DNA of 18,366 nucleotides from a virus (Duplodnaviria; Heunggongvirae; Uroviricota; Caudoviricetes): IMG/VR virus record IMGVR_UViG_2695420646_000009; one strand, 5' to 3'. Shown piece by piece: positions 8,318 to 15,365 of this stretch (position 1 is its first letter; each line of letters starts with the position of its first letter). The notes under the pieces were generated by a model. It saw only the letters and a program-made list of their open reading frames with translations, ran no database searches and was not told where the DNA came from. The position numbers and the translations under genes were made by a program.

Positions 8318-10229
8318 TCACTCCTCCGGACAGCTTCGCTGCCAGTTCTTTAAGGGTTGGCCGGGTCGTCTCTTCTTCCCGGGATTTTGCCAGTACAGCC
8401 AGATCAAGCTGCCAGCGTTGCACGGACACACGTAATGCCGCGTAGGCATACACCAGGCAGTCCAGCGCTTCGTTACGCCGCTTTTTGTTATCCCACAGCA
8501 GACGCATCTTTCCTTTTTCCCACTTCTCCACAAGCTCTTCCGCGACCAGTTGCTGCGCCTCTGTCTGCGAAAAAATCTCCGGATCATCAGGAAAACGGAT
8601 GGCATACGACGTGGCTTCATCCACAGGCGTGGGATCGGCTTTCATACGGGCATAGAGAATTTCTTTTGCGGTGTCCGTCCCCACTTCACACAGATACACG
8701 CCCCGCTGATTGCGGGTTTTTGGCATGGTGATCACCGGCTTGCCATAGACAGATGCGCCTTTTACCGGCAGCACCCGGAAAACACCGTGTTTTTTTGACC
8801 TCTGATAAACGATTTCGCCATCGATCCCCCCGATGTCCCAGCAGACACGAGAAATAGTCATTTCGGTTCCGTCTGCATGGCGGTATTTTTTGTTGATCGC
8901 CGCATCCACACGTAACAGCGTCTCTTCCTCATCGGGACGCCCCATAATGATGATTTTATCCACCAGAAAGGCTTCCTCTCCCGGAGCCCATCCCCAGACA
9001 TACATCTCAAAACGGTTTCGCTGCGAGTCAATGCCCGCCGTCAGATAAACCACCCGGGCAGGCACCGCCGCCGTGTAACGCACAACCTTATCCATCAGTA
9101 CCTGGTGATCGAGTTTTTCGCCCACGGCCTCTTCCCAGGTCTCGCCCAGCGTGGTGTTCACAAAGGTTTTCAGGCCGTTGGGATCTTTCAGTGCATCCAG
9201 CCAGTCATAGACAATCTGTACCCATGTGGTGAACGGACTGTACGCCGTCCAGATATGGAAAGTGATGGAGCGCGGCGGCGGAATTTCATCACCCCGGGCG
9301 CTGAAAAACATCAGGCCGTCACGGGTCCACATGCCCGTGTTTTCACAGATCCACCGCCCGTTACTCTGGTCAAGCTCAGACTGATGGATCACACAGCCAT
9401 GATGCTCACAAAGGTAGAAAACACTTTCTGGCTTATTCTTCTCCCACTTAAGACCGAAAGGCGAGGCATCATCGCCAAATTTCAGATACTGCTCCTCCCC
9501 ACAGTGCGGACAGGGCACATAAAAACGCATGAAGTGTGCCGACTCGTTAGCGGCTTTTTCGATCTGGCAGGAGCCTTTGATTTTAGGCGTCGAGCCGCGA
9601 ATGGATTTTGGCCATACAGAGCCCTCGATACGTTTATCCCCCAGCAGGGTTGGCGACCCCTCTTTTTCAACATCCGGTTCGAACGAGGAAAGCTCGTCAT
9701 AACAGACCACATCCACGGATTTTTCACGGTAGTTTTTGGCGGCAGCGCCGCCCAGGCACCAGAAGCCCACACCCGATGAAAAGCGTTTCAGCGTGAGAGT
9801 ATTGTCACGATGTTTACGACCCAGCCATGGGGAAAGGTCTTTCAGGCATGGCACGTCCCGAATCGTCGCCTCCACGTGAGACTTCATAAAATCTTCAGCG
9901 GCAGAATCCGTGGGCTGAAAAAGCAGACTGTTTCGGGATTTATGCTCAATAAAATACCCGACCACCCCCAGCAACATCTTTGTATAGCCAACACGGGCAG
10001 ATTTAATCAGATTAACAGTGCGGATCTGATCATTCCCCATACTGTTCATGATGGCGATCTGGAATGGCAGCGTTTTCCATTCGCCGTCACCGTATGAGGA
10101 TTCTTTAGGCAGATAATAATTTTGATCAGCCCATTCAACTGCCGTCATCGGTACAACCCTGACCAGAGGCTGCAGCGCAACCGAAACGGCAGCCATCATA
10201 TTATTCAGTTGTTGCTCTGATATATTCAT
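8301..10229 (-). CDS. A: Terminase large subunit A (lambda gpA-like), about 642 aa
   Basis: From the internal ATG at 10229: MNISEQQLNN... (lambda gpA starts MNISNSQVN...). Long stretches match lambda, for example TAVEWADQNYYLPKESSYGDGEWKTLPFQ, KSARVGYTKMLLGV, HRDNTLTLKRF, GGAAAKNYREKSVDV, GDKRIEGSVWPKSIRGSTPK, PCPHCGEEQYLKFGD, HIWTAYSPFTTWVQIV, KTFVNTTLGETWE and KKRRNEALDC. The track start at 10286 adds 19 residues with no lambda counterpart and would run into Nu1. Confidence 0.95.
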   Translation of the reverse strand: MNISEQQLNNMMAAVSVALQPLVRVVPMTAVEWADQNYYLPKESSYGDGEWKTLPFQIAIMNSMGNDQIRTVNLIKSARVGYTKMLLGVVGYFIEHKSRNSLLFQPTDSAAEDFMKSHVEATIRDVPCLKDLSPWLGRKHRDNTLTLKRFSSGVGFWCLGGAAAKNYREKSVDVVCYDELSSFEPDVEKEGSPTLLGDKRIEGSVWPKSIRGSTPKIKGSCQIEKAANESAHFMRFYVPCPHCGEEQYLKFGDDASPFGLKWEKNKPESVFYLCEHHGCVIHQSELDQSNGRWICENTGMWTRDGLMFFSARGDEIPPPRSITFHIWTAYSPFTTWVQIVYDWLDALKDPNGLKTFVNTTLGETWEEAVGEKLDHQVLMDKVVRYTAAVPARVVYLTAGIDSQRNRFEMYVWGWAPGEEAFLVDKIIIMGRPDEEETLLRVDAAINKKYRHADGTEMTISRVCWDIGGIDGEIVYQRSKKHGVFRVLPVKGASVYGKPVITMPKTRNQRGVYLCEVGTDTAKEILYARMKADPTPVDEATSYAIRFPDDPEIFSQTEAQQLVAEELVEKWEKGKMRLLWDNKKRRNEALDCLVYAYAALRVSVQRWQLDLAVLAKSREEETTRPTLKELAAKLSGGVNGYSR

Positions 10230-10710
10230 CGAGTAAATCCGGTAATTTATCCCCTGCCCGCGCACACTGATTTGCCCCCTTAGCAATAAGGGTTTTCAGA
10301 TGGTCAAGATGGCGCGGTGTTAAATCAGAAAACTGTCGCTGCATGGATAAAGGGATGGAATCAAGCGTACTGGATAACGCCATTGCCAGCTTACTGAGGG
10401 CAAAAATACAGAACCCGGTGTCAATAAGTTTTCCTTTTGACACCTCATTTTTTAACTGCTGTGTAACAGCCTGTTCTGCTGTCAGTTCCCATCTGGCAAT
10501 AAGCAATTTCTCCTCATAGTCGTCTTCGCTATCGCCATCAGGCACATCGTTTTTACTTCTCCTCAGATACGATATGTAAAAATCGCGCCAGGCATCCAGA
10601 TCCAGTTGCCCTCGCTTATTCGATATCGGGGCACCCGGCAATTTCTGCAATCTGCGAAGCTGGCGATCGGTCAGACTTAAATGCCTGGCAACTTCAGTCT
10701 GCGTAGCCAC
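10201..10710 (-). CDS. Nu1: Terminase small subunit (Nu1-like), 169 aa; C-terminal half lambda-like, N-terminal DNA-binding part diverged
   Basis: Lies immediately upstream of and overlapping A. The C-terminal region GFCIFALSKLAMALSSTLDSIPLSMQRQFSDLTPRHLDHLKTLIAKG...LPDLLDEYI parallels lambda Nu1 (AFCTFVLSRIAGEIASILDGLPLSVQRRFPELENRHVDFLKRDIIKA...IPGLLSEYI). The N-terminal roughly 60 aa are not recognisably lambda Nu1. GTG start with a GAGG SD. Confidence 0.8.
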   Translation of the reverse strand: MATQTEVARHLSLTDRQLRRLQKLPGAPISNKRGQLDLDAWRDFYISYLRRSKNDVPDGDSEDDYEEKLLIARWELTAEQAVTQQLKNEVSKGKLIDTGFCIFALSKLAMALSSTLDSIPLSMQRQFSDLTPRHLDHLKTLIAKGANQCARAGDKLPDLLDEYIRATTE

Positions 10711-10757
10711 TCCTCACCTCGCAAAAACTCTCACCTCACAATCACAACAAAACCGGT

Positions 10758-10856
10758 CATGTCCGGTTTACATGTCTGTTTTTTGTTCATGTCCGGTTCA
10801 CAGAAGACCTGTTTTTATATTTTTCATATAGTTAACTTGAAGAGAAACCGGACATG
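10758..10856. promoter_or_regulatory. Putative cosB: three copies of the 11-mer CATGTCCGGTT (two direct, one inverted) between Nu1 and cosN
   Basis: Exact copies at 10758..10768 and 10788..10798 (plus strand) and AACCGGACATG at 10846..10856 (inverted). A degenerate copy CATGTCTGTT lies at 10771..10780. This is where lambda has the Nu1-binding R1/R2/R3 elements, but the motif is not the lambda R sequence. Confidence 0.55.
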
Positions 10857-10893
10857 GATCCCGGAAAATTTTCATAAATAGCGAAAACCCGCG

Positions 10894-10905
10894 AGGTCGC
10901 CGCCC
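10894..10905 (-). other. cosN: lambda-type 12-nt cohesive end site (GGGCGGCGACCT on the minus strand)
   Basis: Plus strand AGGTCGCCGCCC at 10894..10905 is the reverse complement of the lambda cohesive end. The flanking sequence (...cataaatagcgaaaacccgcg on one side, cgtaacctgtcggatc.ccggaaaggaccc on the other) closely matches the remembered lambda left and right end sequences. Confidence 0.9.
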
Positions 10906-11112
10906 CGTAACCTGTCGGATCGCCGGAAAGGACCCACGAAAATGATAATAATTATCATCTACATGAGGTTTATCACGACATGTGTGTACGCCATCAAACC
11001 ACGAGAAATAATCAATTATTACGCAGGTATCGTATTAATTGATCTGCATCAAATTAGCGTAAAAGCAACTTCAGATAATACAAATCAGCAACACTGAATA
11101 CGGGGCAACATT

Positions 11113-11337
11113 ATGTCATCAAAGAACAGAACCCGCAGAACAACAACCCGCAACATCCGATTTCCAAACCAGATAATTGAACAAATTAACATCGCTCTTG
11201 ACCTGAAAGGTTCAGGTAATTTTTCAGCGTGGGTTATTGAAGCCTGCAGAAGAAGATTAATTAATGAAAAACATGCTCAATTTGTACCCAACAAAGACAA
11301 ACACGACCAGAGCACCTGTTCAGACAGGTTTACTTAA
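11113..11337 (+). CDS. Small DUF3950 / YlcI-like protein (homologue of the small ORF at the lambda right end), 74 aa
   Basis: MSSKNRTRRTTTRNIRFPNQIIEQINIALDLKGSGNFSAWVIEACRRRL... is nearly identical over the first 50 aa to the small ORF I recall at the extreme right end of lambda and to E. coli YlcI. Same position (about 200 bp from cosN) and orientation (reading away from cos) as in lambda. Confidence 0.7.
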   Translation: MSSKNRTRRTTTRNIRFPNQIIEQINIALDLKGSGNFSAWVIEACRRRLINEKHAQFVPNKDKHDQSTCSDRFT

Positions 11338-11355
11338 ACGACTTATATATGACAC

Positions 11356-11382
11356 AAAAAGCGACCACTAAAGTCGCTTTTT
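11356..11382. terminator. Putative bidirectional intrinsic terminator between convergent genes
   Basis: AAAAAGCGAC-CACTAAA-GTCGCTTTTT: a perfect 10 bp inverted repeat with a 7 nt loop, with an A-run on one side and a T-run on the other. Sits between the + strand ORF ending at 11337 and the - strand ORF ending at 11419. Confidence 0.55.
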
Positions 11383-11418
11383 CTTATGGTAACAGGCAAT
11401 AACTCTCTCAGATATTTT

Positions 11419-11733
11419 TTAGCATTTTTTTGACCGCGCGTTTCCGGACGTATTCTGTTCTCCTGTCCCTTTATATCGTCGGAATACCCGCCGCTCTTCA
11501 AATCCCATTCCCAACTCAGAATGTAGTCTGTTGACCGCTTGTTTTATTTCGGTCAGGTTCACCGGTGAAACCGGAGTCCGGCGCGCCTTACGCAAACACT
11601 CTGCTCGTTTCTGTGCCGCCACTTTTCTTTTCTGGTCATCACTTAGCTGTACCATCACTTTTGCCCATCGTTCAGCTGCTCTCCGGTACAGTCCTTTTTT
11701 CTCCAGACATTCTGCCACGTGATCATGTAGCAT
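11419..11733 (-). CDS. Small basic protein, probable PerC-family (Pch-like) transcriptional regulator, 104 aa; moron gene
   Basis: MLHDHVAECLEKKGLYRRAAERWAKVM... contains the LE.KGL.RRAA.RW motif I associate with PerC/Pch proteins. ATG at 11733 is preceded by a GGAGGT SD. Followed upstream by a roughly 460 bp AT-rich leader. Family assignment is from memory of the motif, not a search. Confidence 0.5.
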   Translation of the reverse strand: MLHDHVAECLEKKGLYRRAAERWAKVMVQLSDDQKRKVAAQKRAECLRKARRTPVSPVNLTEIKQAVNRLHSELGMGFEERRVFRRYKGTGEQNTSGNARSKKC

Positions 11734-12195
11734 AAGTGACCTCCGATTATCTACAGACTGCCATCCTGAATTTACCTTCCCTTAATGAAATAACAATAAA
11801 AAACAAACCACGCAAAAACAATAAAACAACATACAAAAAAACTAAATAATAAAAAAATAATCACCTTATTTTATTATTTTTTAAGGGAGCAATTACTGAA
11901 CAAAAAACGCTGACTATATACTCAAAACCAAACAACTATTCTGCCAATCAGGTATCATGGCAACACACGGAATTACCGTGTTTTTGCCTTCTCTGCCCAT
12001 ACAATACGGGCATATACTTCATACTCTATTGTAATATTTCTATCCATGTGCCCCACTCTATTTACCTGTAAATAATATTCAAAATATTTATCACAGAAAT
12101 CGTTTTTGGCCATGAACTGAGCACACTATAAAGTCCGGAACTGACTCTTTGTTAAATTACCTTAACGTTACCAGTAACACCTTCATAACAAAACA

Positions 12196-12663
12196 TCACG
12201 GTATACACTGGGTACGGATATATTCCTGTGCTCCTTCCAGTTGCTTCTGCATTGCCATCAGCCGTTCTCTGAGGATGAAATAATCCCGTTCAGCGGCTTC
12301 TGCCAGTCGGGGACCGGTTGCATTATCCACGCCGGAGGTGATGGGGGCTTTACGCAAGGAGCCTGGACAGTTGGCGTTGATGCGCAGGCGCTTACGACCA
12401 ACGGCAACATCAGCACGCAGAGTTTCATTTTCAGCTCTCGCATCGGCTAATTCCCTCGAGTATCTGGCATCAAGTGCAGCGACATCACGCTGGCGTACCT
12501 GCATATCAGTAATTGTCACGTTCGCCAGCTTCAGCTCACTGGCTTTTTTATCGCGTTGCGCTTTGTTGGTAATGGCGTTATCGCGGTAATGATTCAGCCC
12601 CAGACCAAGCGCACCACAGGCTACCAGCAGGACAATAATCACCACACACAGAACACGGTTCAT
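12196..12663 (-). CDS. Rz: Spanin inner-membrane subunit Rz (i-spanin), 155 aa
   Basis: [79 protein letters not shown]...[29 protein letters not shown] matches lambda Rz (...[58 protein letters not shown]...ERDYFTLRERLITMQKQLEGTQKYINEQC). Confidence 0.9.
   Translation of the reverse strand: [155 protein letters not shown]
12258..12443 (-). CDS. Rz1: Spanin outer-membrane lipoprotein Rz1 (o-spanin), embedded in the +1 frame of Rz, 61 aa
   Basis: MRELKMKLCVLMLPLVVSACASTPTVQAPCVKPPSPPAWIMQPVPDWQKPLNGIISSSENG has a lipobox (LVVSAC), is proline-rich, and resembles lambda Rz1 (MLKLKMMLCVMMLPLVVVGC...CVKPPPPPAWIMQPPPDWQTPLNGIISPSERG). Entirely inside Rz in another frame. Confidence 0.85.
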   Translation of the reverse strand: MRELKMKLCVLMLPLVVSACASTPTVQAPCVKPPSPPAWIMQPVPDWQKPLNGIISSSENG

Positions 12664-12725
12664 ATCCCCCTCACCCCACCAGCCCTGACAAAGTTAAGAC
12701 GCGCCAGGCAGTGGAAAAGCAAATA
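12664..12725 (-). pseudogene. R: Probable 3' remnant (last ~21 codons) of the endolysin gene R, truncated by the transposon
   Basis: The minus-strand frame ending in a TGA that overlaps the Rz ATG (ATGA, the lambda R/Rz arrangement) reads YLLFHCLARLNFVRAGGVRGI*. It loosely resembles the lambda R C-terminus (...AKFKEAGGTVREIDV*). Upstream the frame runs into the transposon IR and hits a stop with no start codon. No intact endolysin gene lies between Rz and the transposon. Confidence 0.45.
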
Positions 12726-12763
12726 GGGGGAACCGCAGAATTCGGAAAAAATCGTACGCTAAG
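12726..12763. repeat. Transposon terminal inverted repeat (mcp-proximal end), 38 bp
   Basis: GGGGGAACCGCAGAATTCGGAAAAAATCGTACGCTAAG, the Tn501/Tn1721-type 38 bp IR ending in the conserved ...ACGCTAAG. Confidence 0.9.
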
Positions 12764-12914
12764 CTAACGGTGTTCTCGTGACAGCTCTTTGACTAGGCTT
12801 TCTAAGGCCATTCTGATAGCCCTGACTTCCTGAAAAGCCATGGCTAAAATTTGTGCGGCTAAAAGGGATAACCGATGGTAAAGTAAGTTATCCCTGTCGA
12901 GATACTGAAAAGCG

Positions 12915-14492
12915 TTATCCTCGTTTTTCCCAAAACTGTTTTGCCAGTTCGCTCAGAGCGCTAGTTAACTGAGCGACAGATTTCGCACTTTGCAAATTAT
13001 TCTGCCCGGTCTGTACATTGGTATCAGCAGCATCGCGTATATTGATAATACTGCGGTTTATGTCTTCACTTACTGCTCCCTGCTGCTCGACCGCAGTCGC
13101 TATTTGCGCGTTCATGTCGGTAATTTCGTTAACGCGTTGGCCAATTCCATCAAGAGCTGTAGCTGCTTCCTCTGCGTGAGCTACACTCGTGTGCGCTTGC
13201 CGACTACTTTGCTCCATGACTGTAACAGCGGATTGCGCTCGCTCTTGTAGAGCGCTGATCATGCTTTGAATATCCGTTGTCGATTGCTGTGTGCGAGCAG
13301 CAAGACTGCGAACCTCATCGGCGACAACAGCAAAACCACGCCCCTGCTCACCAGCACGCGCGGCCTCAATTGCTGCGTTGAGTGCCAACAAATTCGTTTG
13401 CTCGGCGATCCCTCGTATAACGTCAAGAACTTTTGATATCTCGTTACTTTGACCTTCAAGCTCATGAATAACCTGAGTGGCTTGCCTAATTTCACCTTCA
13501 AGGGCAGTGATTGACTGGCTTGTGTGGGCTACCAGACGCTGGCCAGATGCCGTCTCAGTGTCTGCTCTTCCGGCCGCATCTGCAGCATGCTGTGCATTGC
13601 TCGCAACCTCTTGAATGCTTGCCACCATTTGGTTTACTGCCGTTGCTATTTGATCTGTCTCTGCCTGCTGCTCAACTGTAAGTACATTGCTTGACTCAAT
13701 ATCCTTTAGTAGGCCTCGGGTGTGTTCGCTAAGCCGATTTGATGCATCACCTATGCGACCTACTATGGCGCCTGTTTCAGCTTGCATCATTCGTAAAGCA
13801 AACTCTATTTGGCCAAACTCATCGGTGCGCCCAGTGTAGAGGGATTGACTTAATGGGTTATTGGAAATATTCCTGGCTCTTTCAACCAGTCTTCCAAGAG
13901 GAGAGAGAATAGCCAAAACACTAACAGAGCTTAAGCTTCCTGACATTAAAGTGGCTAACAATAAGCTGCTTATTGATGTATCAGTAAGCATGCCGGCAGC
14001 CATTGCGCTTGATATAATACTACCCCATATGAGCAAGAGTATTTTCACGGAAAAGCTAGCAGCCAATTTCGGCCTCGCGGCCTTCCCGCTTCTCAATTGA
14101 GCATATAATTTTTCCGCAGCCAAAACCTGCTCAGGTTCAGGCTTGGTCCTTACAGACTGGTATTCAACAATCGAACCATTCTTAGCTATTGGCGTTACAT
14201 AAGCACTTACCCAATAGTGGTCGCCATTTTTACAGCGATTTTTTACTAGCCCCATCCATGAGCGGCCAGATTTTAATGTACTCCACATATGCTCAAATGC
14301 AGCAGGCGGCATATCTGGGTGTCTTACGATGTTGTGAGGCTGGCCTAATAGTTCTTCCTCAGTGAAACCACTGATTTTAATGAAGTCAGGATTAACGTAC
14401 GTGATATGGCTTTGAGGGGAGGTAGTCGAAAGAATATTGGCATCTTTTGGGAGTTCTAAGTTTCGACCCGTCACTGGTAAATTCTGGCGCAT
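12915..14492 (-). CDS. mcp: Methyl-accepting chemotaxis protein with N-terminal cytoplasmic PAS domain (Aer-like), 525 aa; transposon cargo gene (Tn1721 orfI/mcp-like)
   Basis: N-terminus without signal peptide carrying a PAS-like region (...[73 protein letters not shown]...). Two hydrophobic segments follow ([19 protein letters not shown] and [24 protein letters not shown]), then the MCP signalling domain (...[42 protein letters not shown]...). ATG at 14492 with a GAGG SD. Confidence 0.85.
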   Translation of the reverse strand: MRQNLPVTGRNLELPKDANILSTTSPQSHITYVNPDFIKISGFTEEELLGQPHNIVRHPDMPPAAFEHMWSTLKSGRSWMGLVKNRCKNGDHYWVSAYVTPIAKNGSIVEYQSVRTKPEPEQVLAAEKLYAQLRSGKAARPKLAASFSVKILLLIWGSIISSAMAAGMLTDTSISSLLLATLMSGSLSSVSVLAILSPLGRLVERARNISNNPLSQSLYTGRTDEFGQIEFALRMMQAETGAIVGRIGDASNRLSEHTRGLLKDIESSNVLTVEQQAETDQIATAVNQMVASIQEVASNAQHAADAAGRADTETASGQRLVAHTSQSITALEGEIRQATQVIHELEGQSNEISKVLDVIRGIAEQTNLLALNAAIEAARAGEQGRGFAVVADEVRSLAARTQQSTTDIQSMISALQERAQSAVTVMEQSSRQAHTSVAHAEEAATALDGIGQRVNEITDMNAQIATAVEQQGAVSEDINRSIINIRDAADTNVQTGQNNLQSAKSVAQLTSALSELAKQFWEKRG

Positions 14493-14639
14493 AAGAACCT
14501 CAAGGGTTGGCTGTTTTATTTTATTGTTTTCGGCATTAAGCCCAATTTCTTGAGCGTTACGATAAAGCTAGCATGGAAACGATAGGTGCAAGCAAGTTAA
14601 GGGTTGCATCGCGCATGTCAATCTAGGCTATACCCTAAC

Positions 14640-14790
14640 TTGATGTCAGGCAGGGCCGCGCCGCTTCGTCAGAATAGAGTCTGCTTTCCCATTTTTTGAC
14701 ACATGCCCGCGAAGGTTATAGATTTCAGCCTGACAGAAATGGGCTTTGAGGCACAACGGAACAGAAAGTGCACTTAAGCCGCCTTCAACC
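14640..14790. promoter_or_regulatory. Putative res (resolution) site and divergent promoter region between mcp and tnpR (approximate bounds)
   Basis: The intergenic region directly upstream of tnpR contains TGTC...GACA-type half-sites (TGTCAGG at 14644..14650, TGACAC at 14697..14702, CCTGACAG at 14729..14736). Tn21-subgroup res sites occupy this position. Exact subsite boundaries are not determined. Confidence 0.4.
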
Positions 14791-14801
14791 AAGGAGACAT
14801 C

Positions 14802-15362
14802 GTGCAGGGGCACCGCATCGGCTACGTCCGGGTCAGCAGCTTTGACCAGAACCCGGAACGCCAGCTGGAACAAACCCAGGTGAGCAAGGTGTTCACCGAC
14901 AAGGCATCGGGCAAGGACACCCAGCGCCCCCAGCTCGAAGCGCTGCTGAGCTTCGTCCGCGAAGGCGATACAGTGGTGGTGCACAGCATGGATCGGCTGG
15001 CCCGCAACCTCGATGACCTGCGTCGCTTGGTACAGAAGCTGACTCAGCGCGGCGTGCGCATCGAGTTCCTGAAGGAGGGCCTGGTGTTCACTGGCGAGGA
15101 CTCGCCGATGGCCAACCTGATGCTGTCGGTGATGGGGGCCTTCGCTGAGTTCGAGCGCGCCCTGATCCGCGAGCGGCAGCGTGAGGGCATCGCCTTGGCC
15201 AAGCAGCGTGGCGCGTACCGGGGCCGCAAGAAAGCCCTGTCCGATGAGCAGGCTGCTACCCTGCGGCAGCGAGCGACGGCCGGCGAGCCCAAGGCGCAGC
15301 TTGCCCGCGAGTTCAACATCAGCCGGGAAACCCTCTACCAGTACCTCCGCACGGACGACTGA
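14802..15362 (+). CDS. tnpR: Serine resolvase TnpR (Tn21/Tn1721 type), 186 aa
   Basis: MQGHRIGYVRVSSFDQNPERQLE... carries the serine-recombinase N-terminal catalytic motif and ends in an HTH (...AQLAREFNISRETLYQYLR). I recognise the sequence as Tn21-subgroup TnpR. GTG start at 14802 preceded by AAGGAG; stop is 3 nt before the tnpA ATG. Confidence 0.95.
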   Translation: MQGHRIGYVRVSSFDQNPERQLEQTQVSKVFTDKASGKDTQRPQLEALLSFVREGDTVVVHSMDRLARNLDDLRRLVQKLTQRGVRIEFLKEGLVFTGEDSPMANLMLSVMGAFAEFERALIRERQREGIALAKQRGAYRGRKKALSDEQAATLRQRATAGEPKAQLAREFNISRETLYQYLRTDD

Positions 15363-15365
15363 CAC

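Larger units (their letters stand above)
1..12725 (-). mobile_element. Lambda-like prophage, late region (tail tape measure start through lysis genes); partial at window start, interrupted at 12725/12726 by a transposon
   Basis: Minus-strand ORFs are collinear with the lambda late operon (Nu1-A-W-B-C-D-E-FI-FII-Z-U-V-G-T-H) with short overlaps between neighbours. A lambda-type cosN 12-mer lies at 10894..10905 and Rz/Rz1 at 12196..12663. Translations resemble lambda proteins but are not identical, so this is a natural lambdoid phage rather than lambda itself. Confidence 0.9.

Noticed and set aside
10230-10286. N-terminal 19-codon extension of the terminase large subunit ORF (track start at 10286)
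   Set aside because: Similarity to lambda gpA begins exactly at the internal MNISEQQ methionine (10229). The extension would extend further into Nu1 and has no lambda counterpart.
10758-10856. Considered whether the CATGTCCGGTT repeats were a CRISPR-like array or an integration att site
   Set aside because: Only three copies with irregular spacing and mixed orientation, no adjacent cas genes, and they lie exactly where cosB sits next to cosN.
10681-10881. 66 aa plus-strand ORF spanning the Nu1 start and the cosB region
   Set aside because: It overlaps the terminase small subunit start and the repeat-containing cos region. No ribosome-binding site and no similarity.
12241-12589. Plus-strand ORFs 12241..12450 and 12338..12589 inside Rz
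   Set aside because: Antisense to Rz and Rz1, both strongly supported by lambda similarity.
1-12725. Considered whether the window is a lambda cloning vector or cosmid backbone
   Set aside because: The proteins resemble lambda but clearly differ from it throughout, and the moron content and Nu1 N-terminus differ, so this is a natural lambdoid prophage.
12865-12894. Hairpin GGGATAAC-(14 nt)-GTTATCCC just downstream of the mcp stop, possibly a terminator
   Set aside because: The stem is short, the loop long, and the following T-tract on the mcp strand is weak (CTTTTAG). Not enough to call an intrinsic terminator.
12915-14492. Considered whether the chemoreceptor gene is host chromosomal DNA flanking the prophage
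   Set aside because: It lies inside the 38 bp inverted-repeat boundaries with res, tnpR and tnpA, in the Tn1722/Tn1721 gene order, so it is transposon cargo.
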